29,897 nucleotides of DNA, taken from positions 64,630 to 94,526 of the forward strand of contig RQSC01001094.1 in the NCBI GenBank assembly GCA_013416795.1, written 5' to 3'. The notes under the pieces were generated by a model, which saw only the letters and a program-made list of their open reading frames with translations, had not been told where the DNA came from and made no database searches. Of the stretch, positions 10,512-23,900 are shown in pieces. Position numbers and translations under genes: made by a program. The stretch is from Prasinococcaceae sp. CCMP 1430. Taxonomy: Eukaryota > Plantae > Prasinodermophyta. Position 1 is the first letter of the stretch. Every line of letters starts with the position of its first letter.

Positions 10512-10940
10512 TCATGCTACCTTCGAGGCGGCCTTGGCTTCTTCCAGTCGCATCCACTTGTAAAACTCCGCCCGTGACGCGTGCGCCTCCTTCAGCGACA
10601 CGTCGTACAGCGCGCGGCCCATCACGTTGCCGAACGAAAAGCCTGCAGCGCCGCCGAGAGCGCCGCACACTGCGCCAACGATGGGGTTGCCAGTCGAGAG
10701 CGTGCCCATGGTGAACATCGCTCCCGCGCCCGCATAGGTCGAGGTATTGGTGAACCCCTCGACCTTTCGCACGTCGGCGTGCTTGGCCCCAAGCGGCTGC
10801 GACTTCTCGAATGTGGCGACGTCGGCGTCAGTCCACTTGGCAGGCTTCTTCATGACAGACAGCCTGTACGCGTCGAACCACGGCGCGAAGCCTTCCTTCG
10901 ATATGCGCAGCGAGTGCATAATGCCCTCCATGACAGACAT
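10512..10940 (-). CDS. SDH6: SDH6-like protein (plant-type mitochondrial complex II accessory subunit), 142 aa
   Basis: P-x-W-(T/S)-x-x-D-V-x-x-F-x-x-S-x-P segment, two Gly-rich hydrophobic helices (GGAAGFSFG) and C-terminal EFYKW resemble land-plant SDH6 from memory. A-rich start context CTAAAC-ATG. Confidence 0.65.
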   Translation of the reverse strand: MSVMEGIMHSLRISKEGFAPWFDAYRLSVMKKPAKWTDADVATFEKSQPLGAKHADVRKVEGFTNTSTYAGAGAMFTMGTLSTGNPIVGAVCGALGGAAGFSFGNVMGRALYDVSLKEAHASRAEFYKWMRLEEAKAASKVA

Positions 10941-11389
10941 GTTTAGGCTACCCTCGCCGTCCGTGATGGGCGCCAGTCCCTCGCTCTCAGTGCGAGCGTA
11001 CCTGCACGTGCGTCCGCAGCAGGCGGTCAGTCGAGCGCGTGGCGCGCGGGAAGGGCGCGAGCAGTACCGCGGGGCGGCGCGGCGAAGCGTGCGGGTGGTG
11101 GCATGGCCGGGGTTGGGTGGGAATGGGGCAAGTCAGCGGAGCCGGGGCGCCGTTCATCGCAGGGAACACCGCGTCGCCGCCCGGCACGGCGAGGGCTCGC
11201 ACTCTTCGTGCACCATGCCCGCCGCGCCGCCTCGGCTGCCTCCGCCCCGCCGGCGCTGTAGGGTAAACCCAAAACATGCGCGCACTCGTGCCTCCTCGCG
11301 CCGCGCGGCGGCGGCGGCGCGCCGTTCCGTTCGCAAGCAGCGGGCGGGGGAGCAGCAGGTGTTGCCGCGTCCCCCACCCACCCACGTAC

Positions 11390-11688
11390 CCGTTCGACGG
11401 CCCGCCGACGGGCATGTGGCCGTTCGGCGCCTGCATGTACCCCTGCTGCTGGTGCTGCTGGGCCGCGACGCCCTGCTGCCCGCCGCCCGCGGCCGCCTGC
11501 GGGTTGCGCGCGACCATGCGCCGCGCGACCGCCTGCAGCCTGCCCTCGAGCGTGTTGGCGTCCTGGTACTCATCCTTGGAGCGCGCCGTGCGGTACAGCG
11601 CCTCCTCGAGCCGCCGCACGAAGTCGGGCAGCTTCACCTGCCACTCCTTGGACACGTTGGGCTTCCGCGAGGTGAACAGGCGGAAGAT
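11390..11688 (-). CDS. Internal exon encoding a plant-type KIX domain (as at the N-terminus of HAC1/CBP-type acetyltransferases and MED15) plus a Q/G-rich tail
   Basis: IFRLF...EWQVKLPDFVRRLEEALYRTARSKDEYQDANTLEGRLQAV. CAG acceptor at 11691-11689 and GTACGT donor at 11389. The upstream exon is probably in the gap. Confidence 0.75.
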
Positions 11689-11728
11689 CTGCCCGGCGGA
11701 CGCGCGCGCGCGGGGGGGAGAGTGGGAA

Positions 11729-11751
11729 GGGGGGGGGGGGGGGGGGGGGGG
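11729..11751 (+). repeat. Poly-G run (23 nt) abutting the gap
   Basis: Directly visible. Confidence 0.95.
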
Positions 11752-11840
11752 NNNNNNNNNNNNNNNNNNNNNNNNNNNNNNNNNNNNNNNNNNNNNNNNN
11801 NNNNNNNNNNNNNNNNNNNNNNNNNNNNNNNNNNNNNNNN
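11752..11840. other. Assembly gap (89 N)
   Basis: Run of N. Confidence 0.99.
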
Positions 11841-11919
11841 CCGCGGGCGGCCGCCGGCGGGACGTGCGCGCTTCCGCCGCGCGCACGCGCTGGAGTCAGC
11901 GAGCGCCGCGGTGGCGACG

Positions 11920-14900
11920 ATGACGGCGGAGGCGATGACCGCGGACATTGCAGCCGCGCCAGCGAAGCGCTACAAGGCGCGGAAGGGCAGGGAGGAGGTG
12001 GTGCGTGGCGCGCCACGAGCGTTGCGGGCCCAGCGCGAAATCTCGCAGCACGGTTTTGCTCGCCCCCCCCCATCCACCCACCCACCCACGCACCCACCCA
12101 TCGCCGGCCAACCCACAGCGGTGCCCGACGCCCCAATTCCGCGCCCTCGCTCGCTGCAATGTAGGCTTCCTGCCGCGCACGATTGCTTGGTCGCGCCGCT
12201 GATAACAGCCGGTGTGCTGACGCGCCCTGCTGCGCGCGTTCGTCCCACTGGCCCCACGCTCGCAGCCGCCACCCATTGCGGCGTTCATTGCCTCGGTTGT
12301 CGCTGCGGGCACCTCGCCGCCGGCGCTAGAGACGGCGCTGTTCGGCTTCAAATGGTGCTTCGACGACAAGGGAGACTTCTATCACTGGGTCGAGCTCTTC
12401 AACTTTTTCGATGAAGTGTTTATGGAGCACGTCGCCAAGCGCGCCGACTTGCGCTGCGAGGCCGACGCGTCGAACGACGCGGCTCCGCCGCCTACGCTGC
12501 CATCGGCGATGCTCACTGCCGTCTGCCGCGCGCTCTCTGCAATCCTCGACAATTGCGCGAACAGACACCTGTTCGTGTCCTCGGACTATCTGAGCCTGCT
12601 GCTTGGGGCCGATGACCGCGAGCTGGTGGCCGTGGTGCTAGAAACGCTCATGGTACTTTCCAGGCGGCCGATGGAGGGTACGCGGCAGATGAGTCGGTGG
12701 AGGCCAGGGCAGGATCTGTTCAAGCGGCTCGTCGCTATGACAAAGGGCTGGGGTGGCAAACAACAGGGCCTGGACATGCTCGCGTGCGTGGCCGAGGGAG
12801 GCCTTCCCGAACCGCTGCCGGAGGGGCCGCGCTCGCTGCGCTTCCAGTACTACGGCGCGGGGACCGCCGCGCATGGCTCGGCTGGCAACGAGGGCGCTCG
12901 TGGGGACGAAAAGCTACGGGTAGTGCAGGTGGCTCCCTACCGACTGCAGTCATCCACGTGGCGTGAGCTCGCGCGAGAGCATGGCGTCCCAGCAGACCTC
13001 ATGTTCTCGTTCGGTGCAGCCTACCACAACGCGCGGTCCTTCGCATCTCTATCGGCGCGGCGCCGGCGTGTGCAGGAGCGCCTGCAGGTCTACTCAGTCC
13101 TGCTTTACTGTTGGGTGGACGCGTCGGTGGTGCAGTTCCTACAGAACTCGGAGCCAGAGCTGGCGTCAGAGCTGACAGCAGTGGCATGCATGCACGGGAG
13201 CGGTCCGGATACCCAGAGGCTGCGCTCGCTCGGGCTCGGCGCGCTCGCTGCGTTTGCCAGCGACCGCTCACGTACTGGCGCGACCCTTGCAGCGCTGGGC
13301 GCCGGTGACACCAGCAGCGCCGGCCGCGGTGTGTTGCCCCACATCCTGCAGGCGCTCAAGTCTGGCGCTGAAGTCGCATCGCCTGGCCCGTCGCGCTCGG
13401 ATAGCGGCGAGAGTGACCCGAAACGCCCGCGGCTAGCGGAGCCAGACACGACGGAAGCGTACGCAGAGGCCGCGCTCGCGCTCGTGTACAGTCTCATGCT
13501 CACCTCCCATGGGCTTCACGCGCTCTCTGGCGCTGGTCTCGTCCCGGCACTGGTGCCCATGCTCTCCGACACCTCATCAGCACGGGAGGGGCTCGTGACG
13601 GCGGCAGTGCGCTCGCTCGAGTCCTTCATCGACTTCCTCCCGACCTCGGCGCAGCTCTTCCGTGAGCTCATGGGGCTGGATAAGGCCATCAAACGCATCG
13701 TGCTTGAGATCGAGAGTGCAGACCCTGGTGCCCTCGCTCATCCCCCTCAGCAGTGCGAAAATGTCCCCGCCGCGCCGACCGCCCAGGTTGATGGATCCCA
13801 AGCCCTGCGTGAGACTACGGAGGGTGCAGAGGCCGCGCCTGCTGCTGGGACGCTTGGATACAACAAGAAGCGGTTGCTGAAAGCCCTGCTCAGAACGGTC
13901 ACCGTCGCAAGCTACTCTCCAGGAGCGTCGACGCGGGCAGTCCTCGAAAACACGCGCCTACCTTCCTGCCTCACTGCGTTGCTGCTGCGGCCACGCCGCT
14001 TCGGCGGCGGCATTTTCTCGCTGGCTGCCAATATGATGTCAGACATTCTGCATCAAGAGCCGACATGCTTCGGAGTCCTCGACGCGTGGGGCACCCCGGC
14101 GGCGCTCCTTAAGATGGTCGTGCAGAGGGGCGGCCTGCCTGTGTCGGCCGAGACTTTGTGCTGCGTGCCCACGTCGATCGTTGCCATATGCCTGAATCAG
14201 GCCGGTCTCGAGGCCGTGAGGCGAAGCCGTGCTCTGGACTCTATCGTGCGTATGTTCACATCCCCATCGTACGTGAAGGCACTCGCTGGCGATACTGCGT
14301 CGGTGCTCGGGAGTGGACTTGACGAGCTCATGCGCCATGCACCTGATCTGCGGGCTGAGGGTGTGCGCGCGACGATCGATATCTTGAGGGCTCTGGCAAA
14401 GGCGCATGAGAAGGTTGTCGAGAAGCTGGCCGCGGAGGAGCGCTCTGAGACCCCTGTTCCCTGTCCTGCACCGGGCGCGCTGCCCATGGTGACGGATGCA
14501 GGTGCCGTCGCAAATCCTGTGGCTGCAACGGACGTGGTCGAAGAGGACTCGCTACGCTCCGGGGCCACGGGGGCGATATATGCCGAGGCCGAGGCTGGCG
14601 CGATGGCCCTGAGCGAGACGATGCTTTCAGATGCTGTGAGCAACGCAGTGCGCTTGCTCGAATCGACTCTTGGCTCCAAGGACACGAGCAAAGAGTTCGT
14701 TCAGCAGGGCGGCGTGCAGCTTCTGCTGCAGCTGTACGCGCTGCCAGCGATGACTTCGTCAAATACGCCTATCTCTGCGACGATGGCTATCACGTTTCGG
14801 TCGTTTGGCGCTGACAACGCGGGCCCAGTTGCGAAGGCCGTGTGCGACCGCACCTATTTCGCGCTCAAGCGTGCATCCGCTGAGTTGGAGCTGCTGCCTT

Positions 14901-17900
14901 GGGAAGGCATCGCGGAGGGCGGCAAGGATGGAAACACCAATCTTGGGGGCGCTCCCGACAAAGACACGACGGGGCTGGAAGCCGATGTCAGCGAGGGCGG
15001 TCTCCCTCCCGCGCTCGTCCGAGCGCTGCGCGAATCGGAGTGCCTCCTTTCGCTCGCGGCTGGGCATGTGCGTGGGTCGACGGCGTTCCAGAAAGAGCTG
15101 AGCAAGGAGCACGGCCTGGTTTTCATCGAGGCGCTTGGGCATGTCATGTGCACGACGCTGTGGCAATCTGCGGCGCGGACGCGGGCGTCAATTGCCCAGA
15201 AGGGGCCTGAACCGAACACTTCTGCACATGGTGCTCCCGGGGGGTCTTCTGGCGGCGCACAGTCTACAGAGGAGGATTCGGGTGCGCCTGAGGGTGCATC
15301 GGGGCAGAACGCAGCTGGCACTGGCGATGCTGGCTCGGCGCACCCAAGCGAGGGCCGGGCTGGCAACGCCGCTGACGCCGTGCGTGGCAAGAAGACAAGG
15401 CCCGGCACCATCGCAACTTTCACGTCGGCTGCGCGGGGGTTCCTCCAGGCGATTGTCAAGGCCGCCTCAAGCACCAGCCGCCGAGAGCAGTTCTCTCCGG
15501 CTGTGCTGCACCGGACTTGCGCAGGCGTGGCGAGAACGCTCACATCAACCCTGCTGTACAAGGGCCCTCTTGCTATTTCTGACCTTTCGCTTGGCAGTCC
15601 CTCAGCTGCGGAGCATGAGCTTGCTTCTCGCAAAGCGATTGTCGACGGCATCAGGCGTGAATATGTCGCTGCTGCAGCTGAAAACGCAGATGCGCTGCTG
15701 TTTGATGCGAGGCGGAGCACGGCGAACGCTTTCTTACACGGCTCGCTGCAGGAGAACGCAGTGCTTGAGGCACTCCGCTCAGTCACGCTATGGGCAACTG
15801 AGGAGCACGTCTCAGTGATGTCAAAGAAATCGGAGGAATCAGAGGTGCAAGATCCTGTTCTTGGGGCGGACATCGAGGCGAGCTCCAAGGCCGCGTGCTA
15901 CTGCCTCGCCCTCTTCGAGAGGCTGGCCCGCGCGCAGCTCGTGCTGACCGGCGCGACGGCAACGAATAACTTCATCGCGGCGAGGTACCGCAATGTGCCG
16001 GGAACTCCGCCGCCGGCGGCTGGTCAGATGACCATGTTTGAGATCCAAAGTGAGGCTATGGGGATCGCGACTGCTTTGTGGTCACGTGAAGACTTCTTTT
16101 CTGGCATTTTCGACGATGCTGTCGTCTCCGCCGTGCTCTCTCTGATGAGCGCTGCAACTGGTGGGCTCGAGGGGGTCGAGCAGCGTGGCAGGATGGCTGC
16201 CCTTGGCACGCTCAGGACGCCAGCGGCGGCGCCTGTTCCGCTCGGGGGTGGCCGCTACGACAACTTGCATCTCGCTGCCGGATCAATTCCGTCTTTGCTA
16301 AACCAGGCTCGCGCTGCTTCCCAACGGCGTACTGCATTTGTCCCGTCTGCTGCTGCAGTTGCCTCCATTTGCGAAATGGGGTTCTCTGAGGCTCGCGCTC
16401 GCCACGCTCTGCGACAGGTTGGTAGCGACTCGCTCGATCTCGCACTTGAGTGGATCTTCAGCCACCCGAATGTCGAGCCGCCGCCAGAGCCTGAGGTCCC
16501 ATCGGGTGCAGATCCCGCGGGTGCTGCGAGCGACGCAGCTGCTGCCGGTGCCTCGGGTGCTGATACCGATGCAGGGGCGAGCGGCGAAGCAAGCGGGGTC
16601 GGGGCCCCCAATGGCGGTGCGGATGGTGCTGTGCCAGCCCCCAGCCAGGTCGGAATCGCTCCAACTACTGCGACGCAGACGGGGCGGATCACGGCGGAGG
16701 ATCTACAGCGTGCTGTCATGGCTGGGCAGGCAGCTGGCGCGGCTTCGGCTGCAGGCGGTGCGTCTGGCGGGCAAGACGATGGAGGTCATCCCGGTCCGAA
16801 CGTGAAGGAAGCCCCCAAGCTCCCAAGCGTCGACTACGTTGTCGCGAAATGCTGCAATCTTTTGAAACGCACGGGAGGCGTGCTCCCAGCAGCGATGAAG
16901 CTGCTGTCACGCTCCATCACCGGCGCCCCTGAGTACGACATGTCGCCGGGACGCGCGAAGGAAGTGCAGGCAGCAGCGCGGGCGCGGGCAGATGTGGTCG
17001 TCGGAGGCCTCGTCGGGGCCATCAGCCGCGAGGTACTTAGCTACAAGGAGGATCAGCGCCTCCTCCACTGCGTGCTGCTTCTGGTCGATGGAAAACAAAA
17101 CAGCTCGTCGGCGCGTGCTGCTGCCGCCTCGACGCCCAGGGCAATCGAGATCGCGCTCAAGGTCCTCGCAGACATAGACGAGGACGCTGGAGAAGCGCAG
17201 CAGCAGCTACTTGCTACCGCAGCACTGCTGCTCGCGGCGTTTAGCCGTATCACCACGACGAAACCCAGCGCAAGCAGCGGCATTGGCGCGAGTGGTGGCG
17301 CTGGCGCAGGCGACGCGAAGGTGAGCGGCTTGGTTCCCGCCGCGACATCAGGCGAGGGAGGTGACAACACTTCGCCGGACGACGAGCGCGAGAAGGCCAT
17401 GAAAGTGCTGGTTGAAGCCGCTGCCACTACCTCTCCGCAGGGGGTGCCCGCCCTAGGCGAGGGTGCGCGAGGGCAGGCGCTAGCAGCGTGCTTGCAGAGG
17501 CTCACAGCCGAGCGCCCACCCTCCTCGTCGGTCCTGCAAGCGCTGTGCTCGTTGCTGGGGCCCATCACGCGGGACAACGCCGTAGCCGTTTCTTTGTTCC
17601 GCGGAGGCGGTGTGCGGGCGCTGCTCAGAATGCCAGCAGCGAGCACCTTCCCTGGGTATGACGCGTGGCTACGAGTGATCCTGAGGCACTGTCTGGAGGA
17701 CCCCGTGTCCCTCCGGCAGGCGATGGAGGCAGAGATCAGGTCTTACGTTGGCATGGCGGTGCAGCGGCAGCAGGGAGTACCGCTGCGCGCCGTGCTGTCG
17801 TCGTGCACCGCGCTCATCGAGCGCGACCCTTCAGCCTTCGCGTCCGCGCTCGCTGCTGTTTGCGATCTCAAGACCGAGCCGAGCGGCCGCTGCACAGTGG

Positions 17901-20900
17901 TCCTGCACGTGCGAGATCGCGAGTCCAGGGACAAGACGCCTCACGACACGCCGGCGAAGCCGGCGAAGCGTGAGGACGTCCAGCAGTCGAAGCCGCGCGA
18001 GAGTATTGGTAAGCTCGCCTTGACACCCGTCAAGCCCCCTGCAAAGCTCAAGAGCGGCAGGGAGGGGGACAAGAAAGCGAAGGCCAAGGCCACGCCCGGT
18101 GGAAAGGACAAGGCAACGCCCGCTGGGAAGGATCGCGACAGGTCAAACCGCAAGACTCCTCCTGGAACATTCCTGAAGGTTGTACTCGAGCTGGTCGAGC
18201 TCCTTTACCGCTACCAGGATGCAGCGCGCGCGCTGGAGAGCGGCTCGGCCTCCGCCATGGACGTCGACCGAGGCGAGGAGGAGGCTGGCGCTGCGGACGA
18301 GTCTCTCAAGGAGCTCAAAGAGGCAGAGAAGCATGCGGCGCACCGCGCTCTCTTCGCCCTTGGTGCCATTGCCGACTTCAGTATGCTCTTCCCCTCGACA
18401 TTCGCCCCGGCGGTCTCGAGGATCGAGCGTGATCCTCAGCATGGCATCCCCTTCAAGAAGGAGAGCGAAAAGGAGCGTGAGCGCACCAAGGGCAAGGGCA
18501 AGGAAAAGGCGTTGGACGCCAATGCAACGGAGTCGACATCGCTGCTGAGTCTGCTGTTCAACGTGCTACTCCCGAGCGCGCTGGGCGAGCGTCGCGGGGA
18601 CGCGGCGATTCGCCAAGCCATTGCAAATCGCGCTGGGACGGCGCTCGTCGCTGTGTCGCTCATGAGCGCTGAGGGCAGACGGCGAGTGCTTCGCTCTATC
18701 AGTGATAAACTCAGTAGCCCGCTGGAGGCGCCGGCCGATGAGCGCATGAAGCTTGCTGTGACCTGCCGGCCCACGCTGGATCTCATTACAGCGATGGTCA
18801 CGACTGGCAGCAATGGTGGCGTGGTCAGCGCTGACAACATCAAAGCGATCACTGACGCTCGCGTCGCCGAGGCTCTTGGCACCGTCCTGCAGGCGGTCGA
18901 CTTGCACCATCCGCAGGCGCCAGCACTCGTATCGGCGATTTTGAAACCCCTCGATGCGCTCGCGCGCGCTGCCTTGGCGGCGGCCAACAAGGCGGATCCC
19001 TGCGGCAGGGCAGCTGGAGCGCGCAGAGATGCCGGGCGCGCCCTCGAGTCCACTGCGGCTGACCTCGAGCGAATCCGTGCCAACATCAACGCGCTGGGCT
19101 CAACCGTCGCTGAGCTCACTGGAGGGAGGCCAGGCAGCGCTGCCCGTGCGGGAGCCGAGGGTGGTGTAGGCGACCCGTTGGCGGTCGGGCGCGACCCCGC
19201 CGCGGACACGGCGGACGATGGGGAAGGACGTGCTGCGGGGTCAACTGCGCCTCGGGGGCGTGGCGGCGAAGGTCGTGCGGGCGGGAACGGTGATGCGGAA
19301 CCACTTGACGAGCTGGCCGTCGCAATGAACGAGGGCACCGCACTGACAGACCTTGCGGCGGCCATGCAAGAGACGGCGCAGGCGACCTATTCCGACGGGT
19401 ATGGACCTTCCGGGCTCGGCGGGGCAGGTGGCGACTTTGACAGCGACGATTCATCTGGCGTGGACCTGGAAGATGACAGCGACGACGACGAGGAGGACAG
19501 CGACGATGAAGATGAGGACGACGACGACGATGAGGAGGACATGGACGAAGATGATGATATGGAGATTGAGGTCGAGCTTGCTGGCGAGGCTGAAGATGCT
19601 GACTCCGAGGATGAGATCGTTGAGGACGATGACGATGACCTGGATGACGACGATGACGACGACGAGTCAGACTCGGAGGATGAGATCGACCTCGATGACG
19701 ACGAGGAACTCGATCTAGCGAGCGACAGCGATGTCGAGGTGCCCGAAGTCGCTCTCGAAGGCCCCGGTCAGGCGGAGGCCGATGAGGGCATCGAGGAGGA
19801 CTACGACGATGATGACGGCATGGGTGAGGAGATAGACTTTCCCGACGAGGACTTGGAGCAGCAGATGGGCGGGGGCATGACGGGCGGGTGGCACATTCTG
19901 GGGGATGACGATGGCAGCGGCAACCCTCCGACCGGTGTGCAGGGCGACTTGCCGCTGATGGATGGTGTGCATGGTCTGCCGCCGGGTGCCACCATGTCCA
20001 TCCGTGACGCCCCCGATGGGCAGTCGCATCGTGTCATCGAACTCAGGCTGCCTCAAGGCTTCGCAGGCCTGCTCGACGGTGCCGAACGTGAGGGCCTCTC
20101 TTTTGGCCAGAGCTTCTTCGAGACGGTGACAGCACAGGCACGTGCCGCATTGGACTCCTTTGACACCATCGCGGGTCAGTCTCGTGAGAATACTGGCGGG
20201 GGAAGCGCGCGCGACCGGGACGTCCTTAGCGCGCCGCATCCCCTCCTGCAGGATCAGCCTGCAGAGGGTGCAGGAGGAGCAAGGCCTGCTGATGCGGCGA
20301 CCGGTTCGGTGCCATTTGGGGGGCTGCGCCAAGCCCGGCACGGAGGTCTGGCAGCACCTCGCTTTCACAGGGCGCGGCCACTGGATGATGAAACAGGCCA
20401 AGCCATTCGGCGGCGGGCGGGAGCCCAGGGAGTGAGGTTGTTCGATTTCAGCGACGATCAGGTCTCCGCGACTGGGCCGGCCGAAAGCCTCCTGAACGCC
20501 GGCGGGGCGCCTGGTCAGTACGTGGTCGTGCAGGAGGGCATGGCACCGAGTAGCGCGCGGGTCGTCATGGTGGGTGGTCCTCAAGGCCCTGCAGGATCAG
20601 GGGGCCGCAACGATGGGCGACTGGCTCACGTCGGGCGAGACACTGCAACAATTCCACCACCGCTGATGATCGAGAGCGCTCACGCCATTTCGCGAGCTGC
20701 TGCTGAGTCCAGGGCCACGCGATGGAGAGGGCAGCTGCCGGCTGCTCGCGCGGATCAAACGTCTGCCGGACCGCCATTGCACGGAATGCCGACCGGGGGT
20801 ATGCCCGAGGACGTGGTCATGCGCTTCATGCGAGCATCGGGCTCAGTTGTGGAGGATACCGCACCCGCGCCTGGCGTCGCCGCTGCCGCCGCTGCTGCAA

Positions 20901-23900
20901 TTGCTGAGGCAGCACCGGTCCCAGAGCTTTGGCCAGCGTCAGGGACTGCCCACGGGGTTGTTGCTGCTGGTGATGATGGGATCGCGCCGATGCGGGCTGA
21001 GGCGGACAACCCCCCTGCAGAACGAGCACAGACGACCACGGATCCAAGGACGACAAGTGACGCTGACGGCGGCCCTGATGGCACCCAGGAGGCCAGCCTG
21101 CGGCCTGCGGAGCCTTCAGCGCAGCCACAACCGCCATCTGAGTCACAGCAGGAACCTCTGGCTGAGGCCGAGGAGGAAATGGTCGATGGAGACGGCGCTG
21201 ATGAAGAGAATGAGGATGCGGCCGGTGGCCCCGCTGACGGCGCGCGGGCTTCGGCGGAAGCTGGTGGTGATATGCCAGCTCAAGATGCCCAGGTGCGCGT
21301 CCCGGGTCTTGCCGAGGCGGCTCGATGTGATGCTGATGGGGCTGCCGAGGAGACACGCGCGGACGAAGTGTCCGGTGATGGCGTGCCTGCCGAAGAGCCG
21401 GCTGGGGAGCCGGTCGGGGATTCGGCCGGGGTCCCAGCCGGGGCGCCAGCCGGCGAAGCGACTGCAGAGCCGGCTGGTGCACCAGATGGAGCAGAGGGCA
21501 GCGAGATGCCTGGTGGTGTCGATCCCTCCTTCTTAGAAGCCCTGCCCCCCGAGCTGCGCGCCGAGGTGATGGCGACACAAGTGCCACAGATTGAGCGCGA
21601 GCACCAACGTCGGCGTGCAGCAAGCAACGATGCCGGGCGCGGCTCACAGCCGGCCGCGCGAGATGCGCCGGAAGGAGGTACGAGTGGCGCGGGTACCGAC
21701 CTGGACCCTGAGTTCTTGTCCGCCCTCCCCCCCGAGCTCCAGGCCGAGGTGATGGCTCAGAGCAGGGCGGCCGCTCGTGCGCCGCCTTCGCGTCCTGCGC
21801 AGCCGGACAACGCCAGCATCGTGGCATCCTTCCCGCGCGAGCTGCGAGAGGAAGTGTTCCTTACTGCCGATGATTCCTTCATCGCGAGTCTGCCGCCAAG
21901 CTTGCGGGCGGAGGCGGAGGCTGCGCGCAGGCGCGCGGCGGAGGCTGCTGCCCGCAGAAACCAAGCAGCGCCGCCGGCAACGCACGAAGGCCTAGGGCGA
22001 GGCCGTTGGAGAGCTCCAATGCCCGGGGGAGTCCGAGGGACGTCTTCTCTTGTGCCTGGCCCTCCTGGTCTCGCCACCGGTTCGGATCCGAGGCGTGGCA
22101 ATAGCACTGCGGGCGAGGGTGTGCTTACGGAGACAATGCCGGTCCTTCTAGGTGAAAATGCCTTGGCAAGTGTGCTGTCTTTGCTGCGCATGGCAACGCC
22201 CCTACCCGGTGGCAAGACCCAGCTACAGCGCTTGCTCCTGTACCTGTCCTCGAATGCAGAGGTCGCCAAGCAGATCGTGTGGAAGCTTGCGCTCATGTTC
22301 AGGCCTGAGCTCACAGCCCCTGTTGGGGCCTCCGAGGCTGAGAGGGCGGTCATTGAGGCTGCATCGGCCGCCTTCGACGCGGTGCGCCTGCCGAGCGATC
22401 CTGTCAGCAAGAAAGCGGCTGCAACCGGCATGTTCGGGAGCAACTCGATGATCGCCGCCGCCGTTGACGAGAGCGGTAGCCCAACCAGCGTGCCACCAGT
22501 GGTGACCCGGCGGGCGCTGGAGACTGCCGCGTATCTCTGCAAGGGATCGGATACGGTCGGAGAGCTGTGCATCGCACCGCTGCCAGCTTCGGAGGAGGTC
22601 GCTCGCGTCAGCAAGGGCAAAGGCAAGGCGGATGAGGCAGGTGCTTCCGAGCAGAAGTCGCCATCGGCGCTCGGATTGATGCTGAAAGTGCTGGGCGTCC
22701 CTGTGTACACGCGTTCGTCCGCCCAGCTCGAAAGCGCGCTCGCTTTCCTGGAGCAAGTGCTCAAGGTCGCGGACCGCGACGCCATGCGACGCAGCGAGTC
22801 GCGTTTCGCGAAGGTCCAGGCGGCCGCCGAGCGCGTTTCGCTAGAGGCCCACCGCGCAGCCCTGCGCGCGGCTCTCGCCCGCGATGCTGGTCCTGCCGGT
22901 CAGTCGACCGAGGCGGTTGAAGCGGCTGCGCGCAGCGCGCAAGATGGGACCCCCGGCGCGAGCGGCGGGGGATCAGGGACGCAGGCGTCTGCTGCCGATG
23001 AGCTGAAGGGTTTGACTGGCCCCGCCGACGAAATCCTGCCTGGCGTGGGTGAGACCGACCTGCGCCGCGTGCCCGCACTTCTAGCTGTCCCTGGCCTGAC
23101 AGACCTGGCGTACGCCAAGGTCGCGGATGTTATGAAGCTCCTCACGGCGTGCCACGCGCCGTCGCTCGAGCTCTTCATCACCGAGCTGGGGGCAGCCGCT
23201 TCGGACATGCACGAGGACGTCGCTGCCGAGCTCCAGCGTGTGGCATCTCGGGCCGAAGCCGCTGGCGACGCATCCGGCACGGGTGCAGTCGGCGGTGCGG
23301 GTGCGGGCCTACTGCGTGTGTTGCAGGCGATGCGCATGCTGACAACTCGGGCGGACGCAGTGGAAGCCTCGCGCGCGCGCCTGCAGAAGGCGCTGGCCAA
23401 GGCCCGCGCGGCTCGCGGCGTGTCTGAGCCCCCTGGAGACGATGATCTTGCTGGACTGGCTCCGGGCGGTGCACAAAAGCGCCGCAAGCTCGTGCAGGAC
23501 GTTGCTCGCTCGCTCGAGCCCGCTCTCGCGAAGCTGTCGGTTGCCGCCTCCGCCGTTGAGGCTGCAATGGGTGTGCGCAAGGACAAGACGCCGGGACGCC
23601 CTAAAGCTGCCGGCGCGCCGCCCAGCCCTGCAACGCTGCCGCCGGCTGCGAATGATCTGCTGCCATTCATCCAGAGTTTCTTCGCTTTGTGCGAGGCCGC
23701 AGGCCTGCTGCCGCCAAAGCCGGACGCCGACACTGAGCGCGAGCGCAAACCCCACGGCGCTTTCGCTTCTGGGGCAACGCGCGGGGCGGCAGGCCGAAAC
23801 GAGGAGATCGAGCCCTCGAGCGTGATGATGATTCGCACCACGTCGCTCGGCGCCGCACAGATGGCCGTGAGGGCGGCCATGGCCGAGCGCGACGGCACAC

